DNA of 64,000 bases, taken from NCBI GenBank assembly GCA_049423385.1, contig JBMSQQ010000006.1, positions 1-64,000 on the forward strand. Direction: 5' to 3'. Source of the DNA: Silvanigrellaceae bacterium. Lineage in GTDB: Bacteria; Bdellovibrionota_B; Oligoflexia; Silvanigrellales; Silvanigrellaceae. Under the pieces are notes generated by a model that was not told where the DNA came from, did no database searches, and saw nothing but the letters and a program-made list of their open reading frames with translations. Below, piece by piece: positions 1 through 10,245 of this stretch (its first letter is position 1; the number at the start of each line of letters is the position of its first letter). Both the position numbers and the translations under genes were made by a program.

Positions 1-788
1 GGCATTTGTTCCATATTGACTGGCTTGTGTTGGGCTGTCGTGTCTGATCCCTGCGCATAGTCGAGCGAAGATCTGCACTTCACCTCACCACCTTGTGAAT
101 GAAGAACGTTGATCCTCGTGGCTGCGCCGGTGACCAAAACAGCGAGCGATGCATCGCCGCTGCCTTGAATCAGCTTCGAGCTGGTCACCGTTCCCATGGG
201 ACAATCGCTGACGGCAGCCGAGGATGCATTGTAAAAATCCTCTGCAGCAAGGCCACCATCAGATCCGTAGCGAATCGCCTTGATACCCGTGGAAATTTGC
301 GCATGCAAAAACCCGGTCTGCAGCCCCGTGACGAGCGACGTGGCGCGCGCACTCTTGAATGCCGCCTTGATGCTGCTCTCAGAACCCCATGCCTTGTTCT
401 TGATGAGTCCCGTTTTTACGTCGAATGTTCCCAGAGTCTCCTTGTCGGTACCCGGGTCTATGAAAAACATCAGGGTCGAAGCATCCAGGAAATGCAGCGC
501 AGTGACTGGACCATAATCAAGGCCACTTTCGCGCAAATCGATCGTCAAGGACAAGCGACCCGTGGAGTCATAGCGATAGGCAACGGGCCCGCCTCCATCC
601 TTGGGATTCGAACTCATCCAGAAAGACACGGCTCCAGTTTCTGGCGCTTCCGTGGCCGTTGCAGTGGGAGTGGGAATCGGTGCGTCGGAGGTCTTGCTTG
701 AAGAGGACTCTTTGCCACACGACAACGCCGTTGCAAGCAAAACGCCGACCGCCATTGAGGGGAGATATTTTGTATTGCAATAGTTCAT
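1..788 (-). CDS. Putative lipoprotein, hypothetical (3' end runs off the window)
   Basis: Read by hand, not in the ORF track: ATG at 788 gives MNYCNTKYLPSMAVGVLLATALS-CGKESSSSK (lipobox-like ALS-C), a P/T/A linker, then an open frame to position 1. Confidence 0.7.
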   Translation of the reverse strand, partial: MNYCNTKYLPSMAVGVLLATALSCGKESSSSKTSDAPIPTPTATATEAPETGAVSFWMSSNPKDGGGPVAYRYDSTGRLSLTIDLRESGLDYGPVTALHFLDASTLMFFIDPGTDKETLGTFDVKTGLIKNKAWGSESSIKAAFKSARATSLVTGLQTGFLHAQISTGIKAIRYGSDGGLAAEDFYNASSAAVSDCPMGTVTSSKLIQGSGDASLAVLVTGAATRINVLHSQGGEVKCRSSLDYAQGSDTTAQHKPVNMEQM

Positions 789-810
789 CGCTCGACACCC
801 ACCCTGCAGA

Positions 811-1911
811 TTAAAAAACAGGTTCCTTGAGATCCGCACCGCGACCAAGATCTGAATCCACCTTTTCGCGACCAAAGATTTTCCACGCCGACAAAATACA
901 GACCGATGAGAAGATGACCGTCGCGAGGAAAAACAAAGGATGAAAAAACAATGCCAATCCAAGACTGATGACCGCCAATGATCCGCAAACAACGATATTA
1001 GTCATGACCTTGTCCGCACTCGACAACGGCAACTCAGCCTCAAGTACTGCCAAGGAATGTCCCTGCACCAGCAGGCGTCGTTCCCGGGCGGTGGTCATGA
1101 ATTTGAATGGACTTTTGGGAGCGAAGGAATATCGCACCACCCAATAGGGCAAATGCACCAGGTGAATACCGACAATTTCAATTTCAGTACGGTGTTCGTA
1201 GAGCGTTCCCACTTTCGTTTTTGCAATACGTCGATGGTATTCCTGTATTTGATCCTTCGCCCTTGCTATCGCGGAGCTCTCTTTAACCTGGACGCCGGAG
1301 ATGGTGAGGCCGTTTGCATGATCAAATTTGAACGTCTGCCGTGCATCATAAACTGTGGCAGAGGCAGCACCTTTCACAACTCCGAGCGTCTCATCAAGCG
1401 GAAATCCGTCCCAGTCAATAATCACGTCTTCCTTGGGATGATGCAGACGTTCGAGACCCCAATGCTCCTTTGGAGACTTTCTCGCAAGAATTGACCAGCG
1501 ATACCTTCGGCTGAACCGATTTTCTTCCTTCAAAAATCGAGCGCCATATTCGTTTCCCTGACCTCGATAGTGGTTTGCCTTTTGGCTGTGGCCACTCCAA
1601 AAGGTGTGCGCCTCAACCGAAACGACCCAATAGGGAAGACTGATTCCATAGGAACCCAGAATATTGAATTCGCTCTTTACCCGATCGGGACGATGGTATC
1701 GCTCTGTGATCCAATCATAAAAAATCGACTCAACCTGCTCACGATCAAGACGGTTGGGCACAATGAAATGATCACCAATGATATCCTTGGCGCCCTCTTC
1801 CAGGTCTAGAATGAATCCGGTCGAGCAATAGGGGCAAAGGTGAATGTAGTCGTCGATATTGTATTCGAACGACGCATTGCACGCGGCACACGAGACCTGA
1901 AACATGAACAC
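811..1911 (-). CDS. Zinc-ribbon domain membrane protein, hypothetical
   Basis: N-terminal CAAC...CPYC pairs and two C-terminal hydrophobic helices; 366 aa. Confidence 0.7.
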   Translation of the reverse strand: MFMFQVSCAACNASFEYNIDDYIHLCPYCSTGFILDLEEGAKDIIGDHFIVPNRLDREQVESIFYDWITERYHRPDRVKSEFNILGSYGISLPYWVVSVEAHTFWSGHSQKANHYRGQGNEYGARFLKEENRFSRRYRWSILARKSPKEHWGLERLHHPKEDVIIDWDGFPLDETLGVVKGAASATVYDARQTFKFDHANGLTISGVQVKESSAIARAKDQIQEYHRRIAKTKVGTLYEHRTEIEIVGIHLVHLPYWVVRYSFAPKSPFKFMTTARERRLLVQGHSLAVLEAELPLSSADKVMTNIVVCGSLAVISLGLALFFHPLFFLATVIFSSVCILSAWKIFGREKVDSDLGRGADLKEPVF

Positions 1912-1968
1912 ACCCCAATTGAATGCAATTCAGTCTCAGATTAACGCCATCTTCCGGCCGAAACGATG

Positions 1969-2619
1969 TCAACGAGATTGCGGATGAAAAAAGTTCCTCA
2001 AGTTGCTCAAGAGGACCAAGGTCTCGTTTTTGAGCTCAGCAATTCCGGCCGAATTTTCAACAACAAAATTCGATTTCTGCCGGCGCTGGTCGTCGCCGAC
2101 CTGTGCGGAAAAAATTGCCGAGAGAGTCTCGACTGAGAGTTTACGGGACTTCAACAACCGGGCCTTGCGGACCTCATCGGAAGCAATCACAGAGACAACG
2201 GCATCGAAATCCTCTTCGCGGCCCGCTTCAAAAATGAGAGCTGCCTCATAGAAAACCCAAATGCCACCCGCCCGCTCCTCCAATTGTGAGCAAATTGAAT
2301 TGAACAATTTGGCAATTTCGGGATGGACAATTGCTTCAAGGGAAGACCTCAAAGCCGCATCGCCAAAGACCCTGTCGCGAACCCATGATCGTTGGTAAAC
2401 CTTGGCTCCACCTGCATCTTGCACATAGGCGCCTTCGCCCAAGAGCGATATGATCCTTGTCGTGACATGTTCCTGCAAGACGACCCGGGACACGAGCTGA
2501 TCAGCGTCGAATACGGGATATCCGAACGCTGCCAATTCGGATACAAGCGTGGATTTTCCGGAGCCAATGCCACCGGTCACCGCAATCTTCTTCAAATGAC
2601 CCTGCCGCCGCAATGACAT
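1969..2619 (-). CDS. coaE: Dephospho-CoA kinase
   Basis: IAVTGGIGSGKST P-loop, DAD motif, LEAIVHPEI and YEAALIFE. Confidence 0.93.
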   Translation of the reverse strand: MSLRRQGHLKKIAVTGGIGSGKSTLVSELAAFGYPVFDADQLVSRVVLQEHVTTRIISLLGEGAYVQDAGGAKVYQRSWVRDRVFGDAALRSSLEAIVHPEIAKLFNSICSQLEERAGGIWVFYEAALIFEAGREEDFDAVVSVIASDEVRKARLLKSRKLSVETLSAIFSAQVGDDQRRQKSNFVVENSAGIAELKNETLVLLSNLRNFFHPQSR

Positions 2620-2625
2620 GCGCCG

Positions 2626-3378
2626 TTATTTTCCGTTACGTTGCTTGTTTTTGAATTGATTTTGGCGATTTCGCCCTTGAAATTGGTTGCCACCGCGGTT
2701 GTTCTGATGGAAGCGGCGATTGTTGTTGCCCTGATGATTTCCGCGTTGGTTTCCCTGCATCCCATGGTGGCTCAATTGCGGCTGATGAACATTGCCGTTG
2801 GCATCTGGAGCTACATAACCGGTGCGGGTCATAAGGTGGCTCGGTGCGGGACGTTGGGCATCTTCAAAGGCACGACGAGTCACGCCTTCAGCAATAAGTT
2901 CAATCAGGATATCTTCGGGGAAAACACCTTCCATGCGTGCAACCTGGCGAACATGATTCATGAGGGAATAACTGAGTGTCAGCAAAATCTGATTTTGGTT
3001 TTGACCATATTGCTCACCCGACTCGCTGTAGTTTTCGTCTTCGTAGTAGGCAGGGTCGCCAATAAATTCACCGCCACCCACGGACTCAGGATAAGCTTCA
3101 TTCATGTTTGCAGCTGAACTCTCGTTCCAAGTCTGTGGCGAATTTTGTTGCTGAGTCATTCCTGTGGATTCCTCCTGAAATTCATCTGCGGAAAAATTTT
3201 GTTCTGCTGAAGATTGTTTACTGTCTTGGGTTTGCCGATTTTCAGCTTCGTTGTTTTGACCGCTGTCGACTTTCAATTCATTTTCATCCTTTGTCTTGCG
3301 GCTGGATGCTTTTCGCGGACGCGAAGGAGATGACGCCTTGGCGTCGCTGTTCAAAAAAGGACGTGAAATATTTAACAC
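2626..3378 (-). CDS. Hypothetical protein with a ribbon-helix-helix-like core and Q/N/G/R-rich disordered flanks
   Basis: GTG start with upstream GGAG; core QILLTLSYSLMNHVRQVARMEGVFPEDILIELIAEG; low-complexity termini. Confidence 0.65.
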   Translation of the reverse strand: MLNISRPFLNSDAKASSPSRPRKASSRKTKDENELKVDSGQNNEAENRQTQDSKQSSAEQNFSADEFQEESTGMTQQQNSPQTWNESSAANMNEAYPESVGGGEFIGDPAYYEDENYSESGEQYGQNQNQILLTLSYSLMNHVRQVARMEGVFPEDILIELIAEGVTRRAFEDAQRPAPSHLMTRTGYVAPDANGNVHQPQLSHHGMQGNQRGNHQGNNNRRFHQNNRGGNQFQGRNRQNQFKNKQRNGK

Positions 3379-3597
3379 AGATAAAAAACTCCGAGAGGAA
3401 CAAAAGAAACTGGCTCCTGCGCGATCGCGGCTTCAAGACCGCTTTTGCATGGAGACGACTGTAAGGCCGATGATCTCAGGACCAAGGGAACAAGATGGCG
3501 CGGTGCGCATCTTCAGGTGGGAAACGGCCTTGAAACACAAGCCCAGCTCGCCCAACCCTTCGACACTGACACAGGCTCGGCCCGAAGACAAGAAAGA

Positions 3598-4572
3598 TCA
3601 CTCTTCCAATTTATCAAGACTGGCATATTCCGCCAGAAGGCTGTCGGAATCTATCCAATTCGGTTGAACCTTGACAAACAATTCAAGATGGACTTTGCGT
3701 CCCAAATGTTTCTCAAGTGACTCACGAGCAGCAGTGCCTATGGCCTTGACGCGTGAACCCCTTGAACCAATGACCATGGCCTTGTGGTTGTCTTTGTGAA
3801 CAATAATGCTCGACTGAATGATCGTCATGCCTGCCTTGTTTTCAAAGCGCTCAACCTTGACAGCGGCACTGTAGGGCAACTCTTGTCCCAATTGACGGAA
3901 CAACTGCTCACGAATCAATTCTCCACAAACAAATTGCTGCGGACGATCGGTCAGGTCATCCTCTGAATACAACCAGGGCCCCTCGGGCATCCGCTCAGCC
4001 AGAAACTCACGAAAGATGCGAACGTCTTCAGGTCTCTTTGCAGAAACTGCAAGCGGAACCCGGGACACAAGATGCGCCTGCGACCCGGAGGCCGATCCTC
4101 CGGTCGCCTCTGCGGCTCGTCCGATGCAAGTGTTCATGCGCTCGCTGATCTGGTCAACATTCTCGTTGATGATTTCTGATTTCAACTTGTCAGTCTTGGT
4201 TGCCACAACAACAACGCTCTTCGCCGATTCGCGCAGCAGCTGGGTAAAAAACAAGTCATCTTCATCGCTCCAGCCGCGACTCGCGTCGACCAGAAAACAC
4301 GCCAGATCGGCATCCTGCAGGACGGACCAGGCCGTTGAATTCATCCTCTGATTCAACTTTGGAAGTCCGTTGCTCTGGTGAATACCCGGAGTATCGAGGA
4401 ACAAAATCTGGCTCTCGCCATTGGGGCAAATTCCAAGAATTCGATTTCGGGTCGTTTGCGGCTTTGCGCTCACAACCGCAAGTTTTGTACCAAGACAAGC
4501 ATTCATCAAAGTGCTCTTGCCCGCATTCGGCTGGCCCAACAAAGCAACATATCCACATTTCTTAACACTCAT
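3598..4572 (-). CDS. era: GTPase Era
   Basis: GQPNAGKSTL, KPQTTR, DTPG, TKTD and a C-terminal KH domain (QELPYS, VIGSRG). Confidence 0.96.
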   Translation of the reverse strand: MSVKKCGYVALLGQPNAGKSTLMNACLGTKLAVVSAKPQTTRNRILGICPNGESQILFLDTPGIHQSNGLPKLNQRMNSTAWSVLQDADLACFLVDASRGWSDEDDLFFTQLLRESAKSVVVVATKTDKLKSEIINENVDQISERMNTCIGRAAEATGGSASGSQAHLVSRVPLAVSAKRPEDVRIFREFLAERMPEGPWLYSEDDLTDRPQQFVCGELIREQLFRQLGQELPYSAAVKVERFENKAGMTIIQSSIIVHKDNHKAMVIGSRGSRVKAIGTAARESLEKHLGRKVHLELFVKVQPNWIDSDSLLAEYASLDKLEE

Positions 4573-5427
4573 TCAATCATCCTCTTGAACATCGCTGTCT
4601 TGGGCATATTTCTTGACCATTTCGGCAGTCAGTGCTCCTGACTCCATCATTTTTTGCATTCGTGCCGCAACCATTTTGCTTGCCTCACGCTTGTTGGCGG
4701 CCCCTGCGCGCGCAAGCTCAGTCTTGCCAATAAAGCCGGCGACCACAAATTGGTTTTCTTCGGGGGTCGAGATCGTCCGCACCAGTCGATAGACAGGTGG
4801 ACGTCCGCAAACGCTTTGCGTCCATTGCTGAAAACGGGTCTTCACATCGAAGTCTCCCAGAGTCTTTTCGGCGACAACCAGATCTGCGGCAAAAAGCGAG
4901 CGCAACCAATCCCATGCCTTCTGTTCACCCGCATCGAGCAAAAGCGCTGCCGTCACGGCTTCGAAAGCATCGGCCAAAATATTTTGGCGTTTCTCCGAGC
5001 GAAATCCACCCTTGGCAATCTCTCCGCGGCCAAACATGATCATTTCGTGAAGGCCAATTGACTTCGCCTTTTCAGAAAGATTTTCGGTTCCAACCAGGGC
5101 AGCGCGCAACCGCGAAAGCTCGCCTTCAGCCATTTTTGGAAAAGACGCCATGGCCTCGCAGGCAACAAAGAAATTGACGAAAGAATCACCCAGAAATTCA
5201 AGGCGCTCGTTGCTGAAAATGGTCGATTTGTCATTCGGCCAATACACGAGGGCACTGCGGTGAATCAGCGACACAACGGCAAATCTCTTGTTTGCGTAAA
5301 CGTGGCCCTGGGTCCTTTCCAGAGCAGCGATGCGAGCATCAAGATCCGGAAAAAACTTGCGCAACCTGGGCTCATCCAGCGGCTTGAGCCAGTCTGCCAA
5401 TGCTTCGGTGTTCTGTCGTGCGGTCAT
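4573..5427 (-). CDS. rnc: Ribonuclease III
   Basis: NERLEFLGDS signature, ADAFEA, C-terminal dsRBD; directly upstream of era. Confidence 0.95.
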   Translation of the reverse strand: MTARQNTEALADWLKPLDEPRLRKFFPDLDARIAALERTQGHVYANKRFAVVSLIHRSALVYWPNDKSTIFSNERLEFLGDSFVNFFVACEAMASFPKMAEGELSRLRAALVGTENLSEKAKSIGLHEMIMFGRGEIAKGGFRSEKRQNILADAFEAVTAALLLDAGEQKAWDWLRSLFAADLVVAEKTLGDFDVKTRFQQWTQSVCGRPPVYRLVRTISTPEENQFVVAGFIGKTELARAGAANKREASKMVAARMQKMMESGALTAEMVKKYAQDSDVQEDD

Positions 5428-6536
5428 GTCACAGCAACCTGATGGATGAATCCACCACCGAGCACCTCATCGCCACGGTACAAAACCGCAATTTGTCCTG
5501 GAGTGACCGATCTTTGGGGACTGTGAAACTGCATGAGGGTCTCGCCACTGTCTGATCGACGAGTGACGTGCCCCGCAACTGGTTGCGAACGATATCGAAT
5601 TCGAACATCAAATGGCTCAGTGACATCGACGTTGCGGACAAGGTGGAACTTGTCGAACACAAATCCAGAGCGCATCAGGAATTCCTCTTCCCCAACAAAC
5701 ACCTTTCCAGTTTCGTGTTCGATTCGTGTCACATAAAGGGGCTTGTCCGAGACGATTCCAATGCCTTTCCGCTGACCCACAGTGAATTTGTGAATTCCAT
5801 CATGCTGTCCAAGGACAGACCCATTCTCATGGTGAATCTCACCTTTGACAATCCTTGCCACATCGGCATTTTTTTCAATAAACGCGGCGTAATCATTGTT
5901 TGGAATGAAGCAGATTTCCATACTCTCTTTTTTGCGTGCATTCACCAATCCAAAACGCTCTGCATGAGCACGAACTTCAGGTTTGGTCATTGCACCAAGC
6001 GGAAACAAAATCCTGCTGAGCCGATCTTGGGTCATTGAGTACAAAAAATAACTCTGATCCTTTTGGCTATCCACGCCCTTCAGCAATCGATACTCATTGC
6101 TGTCCGTGCAATAGTCAATCCTGGCGTAATGGCCCGTCGCAACCGCATCACAACCCAGCCGCAAAGCCCGCTCAAGCAGGTGATCAAATTTCAAAAATGT
6201 ATTGCAGGCAACGCATGGATTCGGCGTTCGTCCGCGCAGATATTCTGTTGTGAAATAATCAACGACGCTTTTTTGAAAGTCTTCCTGATAGTCCATGACA
6301 TAAAATGGAATACCAATTTTTTCTGCAACCTCACGTGCGTCGGCTACGTCATCATGACTGCAACAGCTGTCAAATTTCGCAGAGGGATCGCAACTCGATT
6401 CATTCTTCGAGTAATCCCAAAGCTGCATGGTGACACCAATGACTTCATGTCCCTGTTCTTTAAGCAGGGCAGCAGCCACGCTGCTGTCAACGCCACCAGA
6501 CATTGCCACTAGAATTCTTTTTCGCTGATTGATCAT
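5424..6536 (-). CDS. mnmA: tRNA-specific 2-thiouridylase MnmA
   Basis: AMSGGVDSS, TPNPCVACN, ATGHYA, KDQSYFL, ESMEICF, TPGQ. Confidence 0.97.
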   Translation of the reverse strand: MINQRKRILVAMSGGVDSSVAAALLKEQGHEVIGVTMQLWDYSKNESSCDPSAKFDSCCSHDDVADAREVAEKIGIPFYVMDYQEDFQKSVVDYFTTEYLRGRTPNPCVACNTFLKFDHLLERALRLGCDAVATGHYARIDYCTDSNEYRLLKGVDSQKDQSYFLYSMTQDRLSRILFPLGAMTKPEVRAHAERFGLVNARKKESMEICFIPNNDYAAFIEKNADVARIVKGEIHHENGSVLGQHDGIHKFTVGQRKGIGIVSDKPLYVTRIEHETGKVFVGEEEFLMRSGFVFDKFHLVRNVDVTEPFDVRIRYRSQPVAGHVTRRSDSGETLMQFHSPQRSVTPGQIAVLYRGDEVLGGGFIHQVAVT

Positions 6537-6557
6537 CGATTGAATGCCTGACCGGTT

Positions 6558-7055
6558 TCAAAGTTCGTCTGAGATGGGTTCGATCTCGTGATCGCCATGA
6601 CCGTGCTTGCGGAACAGCTCATCCGCCTGCTGTTCGAGAGAACGATTGCGAATGAATCCCCGAATATAGAAGTCCACTCCCTCACATGTATGCTTGTCCC
6701 AGGCCAACGTCACAAAAACATCGCGACCTTCCGACAAATATTCCTGCCAGTAGACGTCGATATAATCCAACATCAAGGATGCAAGCTCATCGGCGCTTGG
6801 AACTGCCTGTCCCTGCTCGTCGCCATCTTCGCGCACGTGCAACAACTCGATCGGATAAAAGACCGACTTGTCTGTTCGTTCGAGGGTCACCTTGATTTGA
6901 ACCTGCCGAGCATCGTAGCCGGATTCAACAATGAACCTCTCGTTTTCAAGAAGCGATCCATATTTCGTGTTCAGAAGCGAATTTATTTTCGCAACGTCCG
7001 ACTCGTTCCAGACTGGAGTCAAGGTCTCCGATTCTTTGTATGCAAGCTTCAGCAT
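6558..7055 (-). CDS. Hypothetical acidic protein
   Basis: 165-aa ORF abutting the upstream gene's stop and in line with mnmA. Confidence 0.65.
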   Translation of the reverse strand: MLKLAYKESETLTPVWNESDVAKINSLLNTKYGSLLENERFIVESGYDARQVQIKVTLERTDKSVFYPIELLHVREDGDEQGQAVPSADELASLMLDYIDVYWQEYLSEGRDVFVTLAWDKHTCEGVDFYIRGFIRNRSLEQQADELFRKHGHGDHEIEPISDEL

Positions 7056-8984
7056 TCAATCCTCCCGACCCGAAAAACCCACAACGCGACTCGAGTGCTT
7101 CCAGAAATCTCTCGTTCTTTCAATCTCTTCGAGCCTCTCGTAGGGCTTGACTTCAACCGAACCACGGGTCGTTGCGTTTTCCTCCATCAATATGATCGGA
7201 AAAACTGGCAAACGATTAAGCGTGGAACTCAAAATATGTTGAATTGCGGGGTCGACATGGGAAGCCAACTGCTGCATCCATTTTCTGACTTCAAGATGGC
7301 GACCCTGACTCTGGAGCTGCAAAACAGACAGGCGAACGCTCTCGCCATCAGCCAGCTGGACGACAAAATCACTTCCGATTTTTGTCTTGAGTTCTTTATT
7401 ATTATCAACGTTATAGACCAAAATTTGTAGAGCATCCATGGCCATATCCTGGAGGGTCTGCCAACCAATTTGAAACAGGGCCTCAGGACCCACTGCCGTC
7501 ATCGCTGCAGCAGCGGTGGTCACGTTGCGCAACGAGTCATGCGAATCCGTGTTGCAATTTATACTGCTGAATTCAAAGACTTCTGGCGTTTTGACCAGTC
7601 TTTCGAGACCCACGTTCAGGCATCCACGAACCGCTGAAACCACCCTTGCGAGCTCGGACGTTTCATTCACGACCCCCATCGCGGCAGCCAGAGTGTTTAT
7701 GCTTCGCGCCATGCGGGCTTTATAATCCATGGCTCTTTCGAGATTGTTTTCCGCGAGCCAAGCAATCGTCTGATCAATCAACAATGTTGATTCCGACTGC
7801 TGAAGTTTCTGCTTGAGTGTGCGCACCTTCTGCGCCTCGAGATTGACCAGAATTTGATGGGTTCGCCGGGAGAGTTTCTCCACAAACAAATCCATCACGT
7901 CTTCATCCTGAAGAAGGATTTCCGGATGAGGAGCGCTCGTTCCAACCAGCCTCACGAGTTCGCTGGTGCCCAACAGCTGCTCAATTTCCTGGGCGAGTTC
8001 ATCACCATCGATCTGTTGAACGTACTCGAAGATCCGTTCTTGCATTTCTGTTGGTAGCGGCGACGCATCACTTGCTTCGGAAGAGGAGACGGTCGAATAT
8101 CTTTTGGGTTCCGTGGCAACTGCAATCCGGATCATTTCGACAAGTTGCTTGTTTGATTTTGGCTTCAATAAATAACGCGCTTCATCAGGAGACAAAAAGC
8201 CCTGCTCTTCAAGGCGTCCATCACGCCACCGGCGCGCCTCTTCAATGGATTCTTCTCGAATCAACATTGCAGAGTGGGCCAAAATTGATTGAGCCAAACG
8301 AACGTCTCGCTTGTACAAAGAGTGAACGAATTGATGCAAAATTTCGAAATCGGATGCTTCACTTGTTTTCAATTTCAACCCGAAGCGGTTGTCGGGCGTG
8401 ATCCAATAATCATCCGACAACTCTTCCTGGTTTCGATTCAATCCGACCGGAATAATTTCACAGGCCGCGGTCATGCACCCGACAATCAATCCCTCATCGA
8501 GTTCAACAACTCTCTGCGCGGCAAATTCCGGTGAAATTTCGTTCCACCATTTGATCCACTGAATAAACCTTTCAGCAGATGGAGAGTCTCCATTTCCGAA
8601 GGCTTGTTCCTTCGAATGTGCATTCGTCCAAAGATCGTAATCCAGAACGCGGACAAGTGCTTCACCCCGCACCCATTCAATCACCTCGAGTGAATCTTCC
8701 ACTCCATGATTCATGATGCTCCGATAGAGCAGGTGCGTCGGCAGAGCTTGCACGAGGTAGGGTAGTTCCCGCTGCGCAATCAACCAATCAATATCCAATG
8801 GTGCCATCGCCACAGACTGAGCAGCGTCGGGGTCTGCTTTCCAGGGTTGTGTCTTGAATCCGAGTGACTCAATGGCATCCAGCTCTCGCTCCATTCGATT
8901 GCCAACCGTCGGCCAGAGTCTCTCATTTGTCTGCTGGTTTGCGGACAAAGAAATATGATTTGGAAGCTCAACGTTCTCTGACAT
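7056..8984 (-). CDS. DUF6178-like family protein
   Basis: VQALPTHLLYRSIMNHGVEDSLEVI...VLDYDLW and EEARRWRDGRLEEQGF resemble my recollection of DUF6178. Start placed at ATG 8984 (MSENVEL) because the longer track ORF overlaps the divergent gene. Confidence 0.65.
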   Translation of the reverse strand: MSENVELPNHISLSANQQTNERLWPTVGNRMERELDAIESLGFKTQPWKADPDAAQSVAMAPLDIDWLIAQRELPYLVQALPTHLLYRSIMNHGVEDSLEVIEWVRGEALVRVLDYDLWTNAHSKEQAFGNGDSPSAERFIQWIKWWNEISPEFAAQRVVELDEGLIVGCMTAACEIIPVGLNRNQEELSDDYWITPDNRFGLKLKTSEASDFEILHQFVHSLYKRDVRLAQSILAHSAMLIREESIEEARRWRDGRLEEQGFLSPDEARYLLKPKSNKQLVEMIRIAVATEPKRYSTVSSSEASDASPLPTEMQERIFEYVQQIDGDELAQEIEQLLGTSELVRLVGTSAPHPEILLQDEDVMDLFVEKLSRRTHQILVNLEAQKVRTLKQKLQQSESTLLIDQTIAWLAENNLERAMDYKARMARSINTLAAAMGVVNETSELARVVSAVRGCLNVGLERLVKTPEVFEFSSINCNTDSHDSLRNVTTAAAAMTAVGPEALFQIGWQTLQDMAMDALQILVYNVDNNKELKTKIGSDFVVQLADGESVRLSVLQLQSQGRHLEVRKWMQQLASHVDPAIQHILSSTLNRLPVFPIILMEENATTRGSVEVKPYERLEEIERTRDFWKHSSRVVGFSGRED

Positions 8985-9178
8985 GCATCTACCATCCGTG
9001 TTCGGCTGAATTGCCCTTGCGTTCAGGCCACTTGGGGCACTGTCGCAGCGGACCATAGCCGTCAAAATTCCTTCATGGCAACAGGTTTTTGTCTTTGCGT
9101 GTGAGAATTGTCCGAAAGTCTTGCGCGCAGGCGCCGATACCTTATCAACCGTCGGAGAGGCGTTGAGTGACAAGATTG

Positions 9179-10177
9179 ATGTCCACGAAATCAGTGAGAA
9201 AAAGGAATCCCGAAGGAGGTTCGCTGGAAACCTCGCTCGAGGTGACCTTCTGGGGCGTCCGGGGAACACTTCCGTCGGCCGGAACCCGCTTCTCGGAATT
9301 CGGCGGAAATACATCTTGTGTCGAAGTGGCGTGCCCAAGCATTGGCGATGCGGATTCGTCCAGTTCGCTCATTCTGGACGCAGGAACGGGTATTGTTCCC
9401 TTCGGTGACAGGGCCTTGGCCGGCGGCCAGCGAACTTTCCATATTCTTCTGAGCCACTATCATTATGACCACATCATGGGGCTGACACGGTTTCTGCCTT
9501 TGTTTCGGCCCGACGTGCGCATTCACTTCTATGGCCAAGCCAAGGGTGGAATGGAACTTCACACAATTATTGAGAAAATATTTTCATTTCCATTCTTTCC
9601 CGTGGAGTACCGTCACTTGCCTGCAAAGAACAATCTGTATTTCCATACGGTTGTTCCGGGGTCTCCGTTCGAGGTTGAGAACATGGTGGTCATCGCCCAC
9701 GACCTTCACCATCCCCAACAAGCGGTTGCCTACCGCGTTTGGGACCATGACCTGAGGGTGAGCGTCGTCTATGCCACCGACCACGAGCACGGAACCGATG
9801 CCGATCTCTCGCTCGCAGCCTTTTCCCGAAACTCCAATCTTTTCCTTTTCGATACCACCTACACGGACGAGACCTATCAAAATGGTCGCGTTGGCTGGGG
9901 TCACTCGACGGCACGACGTGGTGCCGAAATTGCAGCAATGGCCGAAGTCCGCTCGTTTGGCTTGTTTCACCATGACCCCGATGCCACCGACCATGACCTT
10001 CGGACGAAACTTCTACCCGAAGCGCTGGCCCATTTCCCCGCTTCGTTCCTTTGCAAAGAGAGCGAAACAATAGTTTTGCAATCTTCCTCCAGCGAAGACC
10101 AGCTCCCCATGGTCGTTGGTGGAGGCACGCCAATTCGCCGCACGCTTTTGAGCAAGAGACGCAAAATCAGCGGTTGA
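9179..10177 (+). CDS. MBL-fold metallo-hydrolase (RNase Z/PhnP-like)
   Basis: FWGVRGTLP, GGNTSC, DAGTG, HYHYDH (HxHxDH), TDHE, GWGHS, FHHDP. Confidence 0.9.
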   Translation: MSTKSVRKRNPEGGSLETSLEVTFWGVRGTLPSAGTRFSEFGGNTSCVEVACPSIGDADSSSSLILDAGTGIVPFGDRALAGGQRTFHILLSHYHYDHIMGLTRFLPLFRPDVRIHFYGQAKGGMELHTIIEKIFSFPFFPVEYRHLPAKNNLYFHTVVPGSPFEVENMVVIAHDLHHPQQAVAYRVWDHDLRVSVVYATDHEHGTDADLSLAAFSRNSNLFLFDTTYTDETYQNGRVGWGHSTARRGAEIAAMAEVRSFGLFHHDPDATDHDLRTKLLPEALAHFPASFLCKESETIVLQSSSSEDQLPMVVGGGTPIRRTLLSKRRKISG

Positions 10178-10245
10178 CCCTTCCTCAACTTTATGGGAAT
10201 CCCCTCCTTTGACTTGATTGACCTCACTTCGGGGAACCCACTGAA

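Noticed and set aside
99..701. 200-aa plus-strand ORF
   Set aside because: Antisense to a better minus-strand lipoprotein frame starting at 788.
8985..9338. N-terminal extension of the 760-aa track ORF
   Set aside because: Overlaps the divergent MBL gene and reads as non-coding; ATG 8984 is more plausible.
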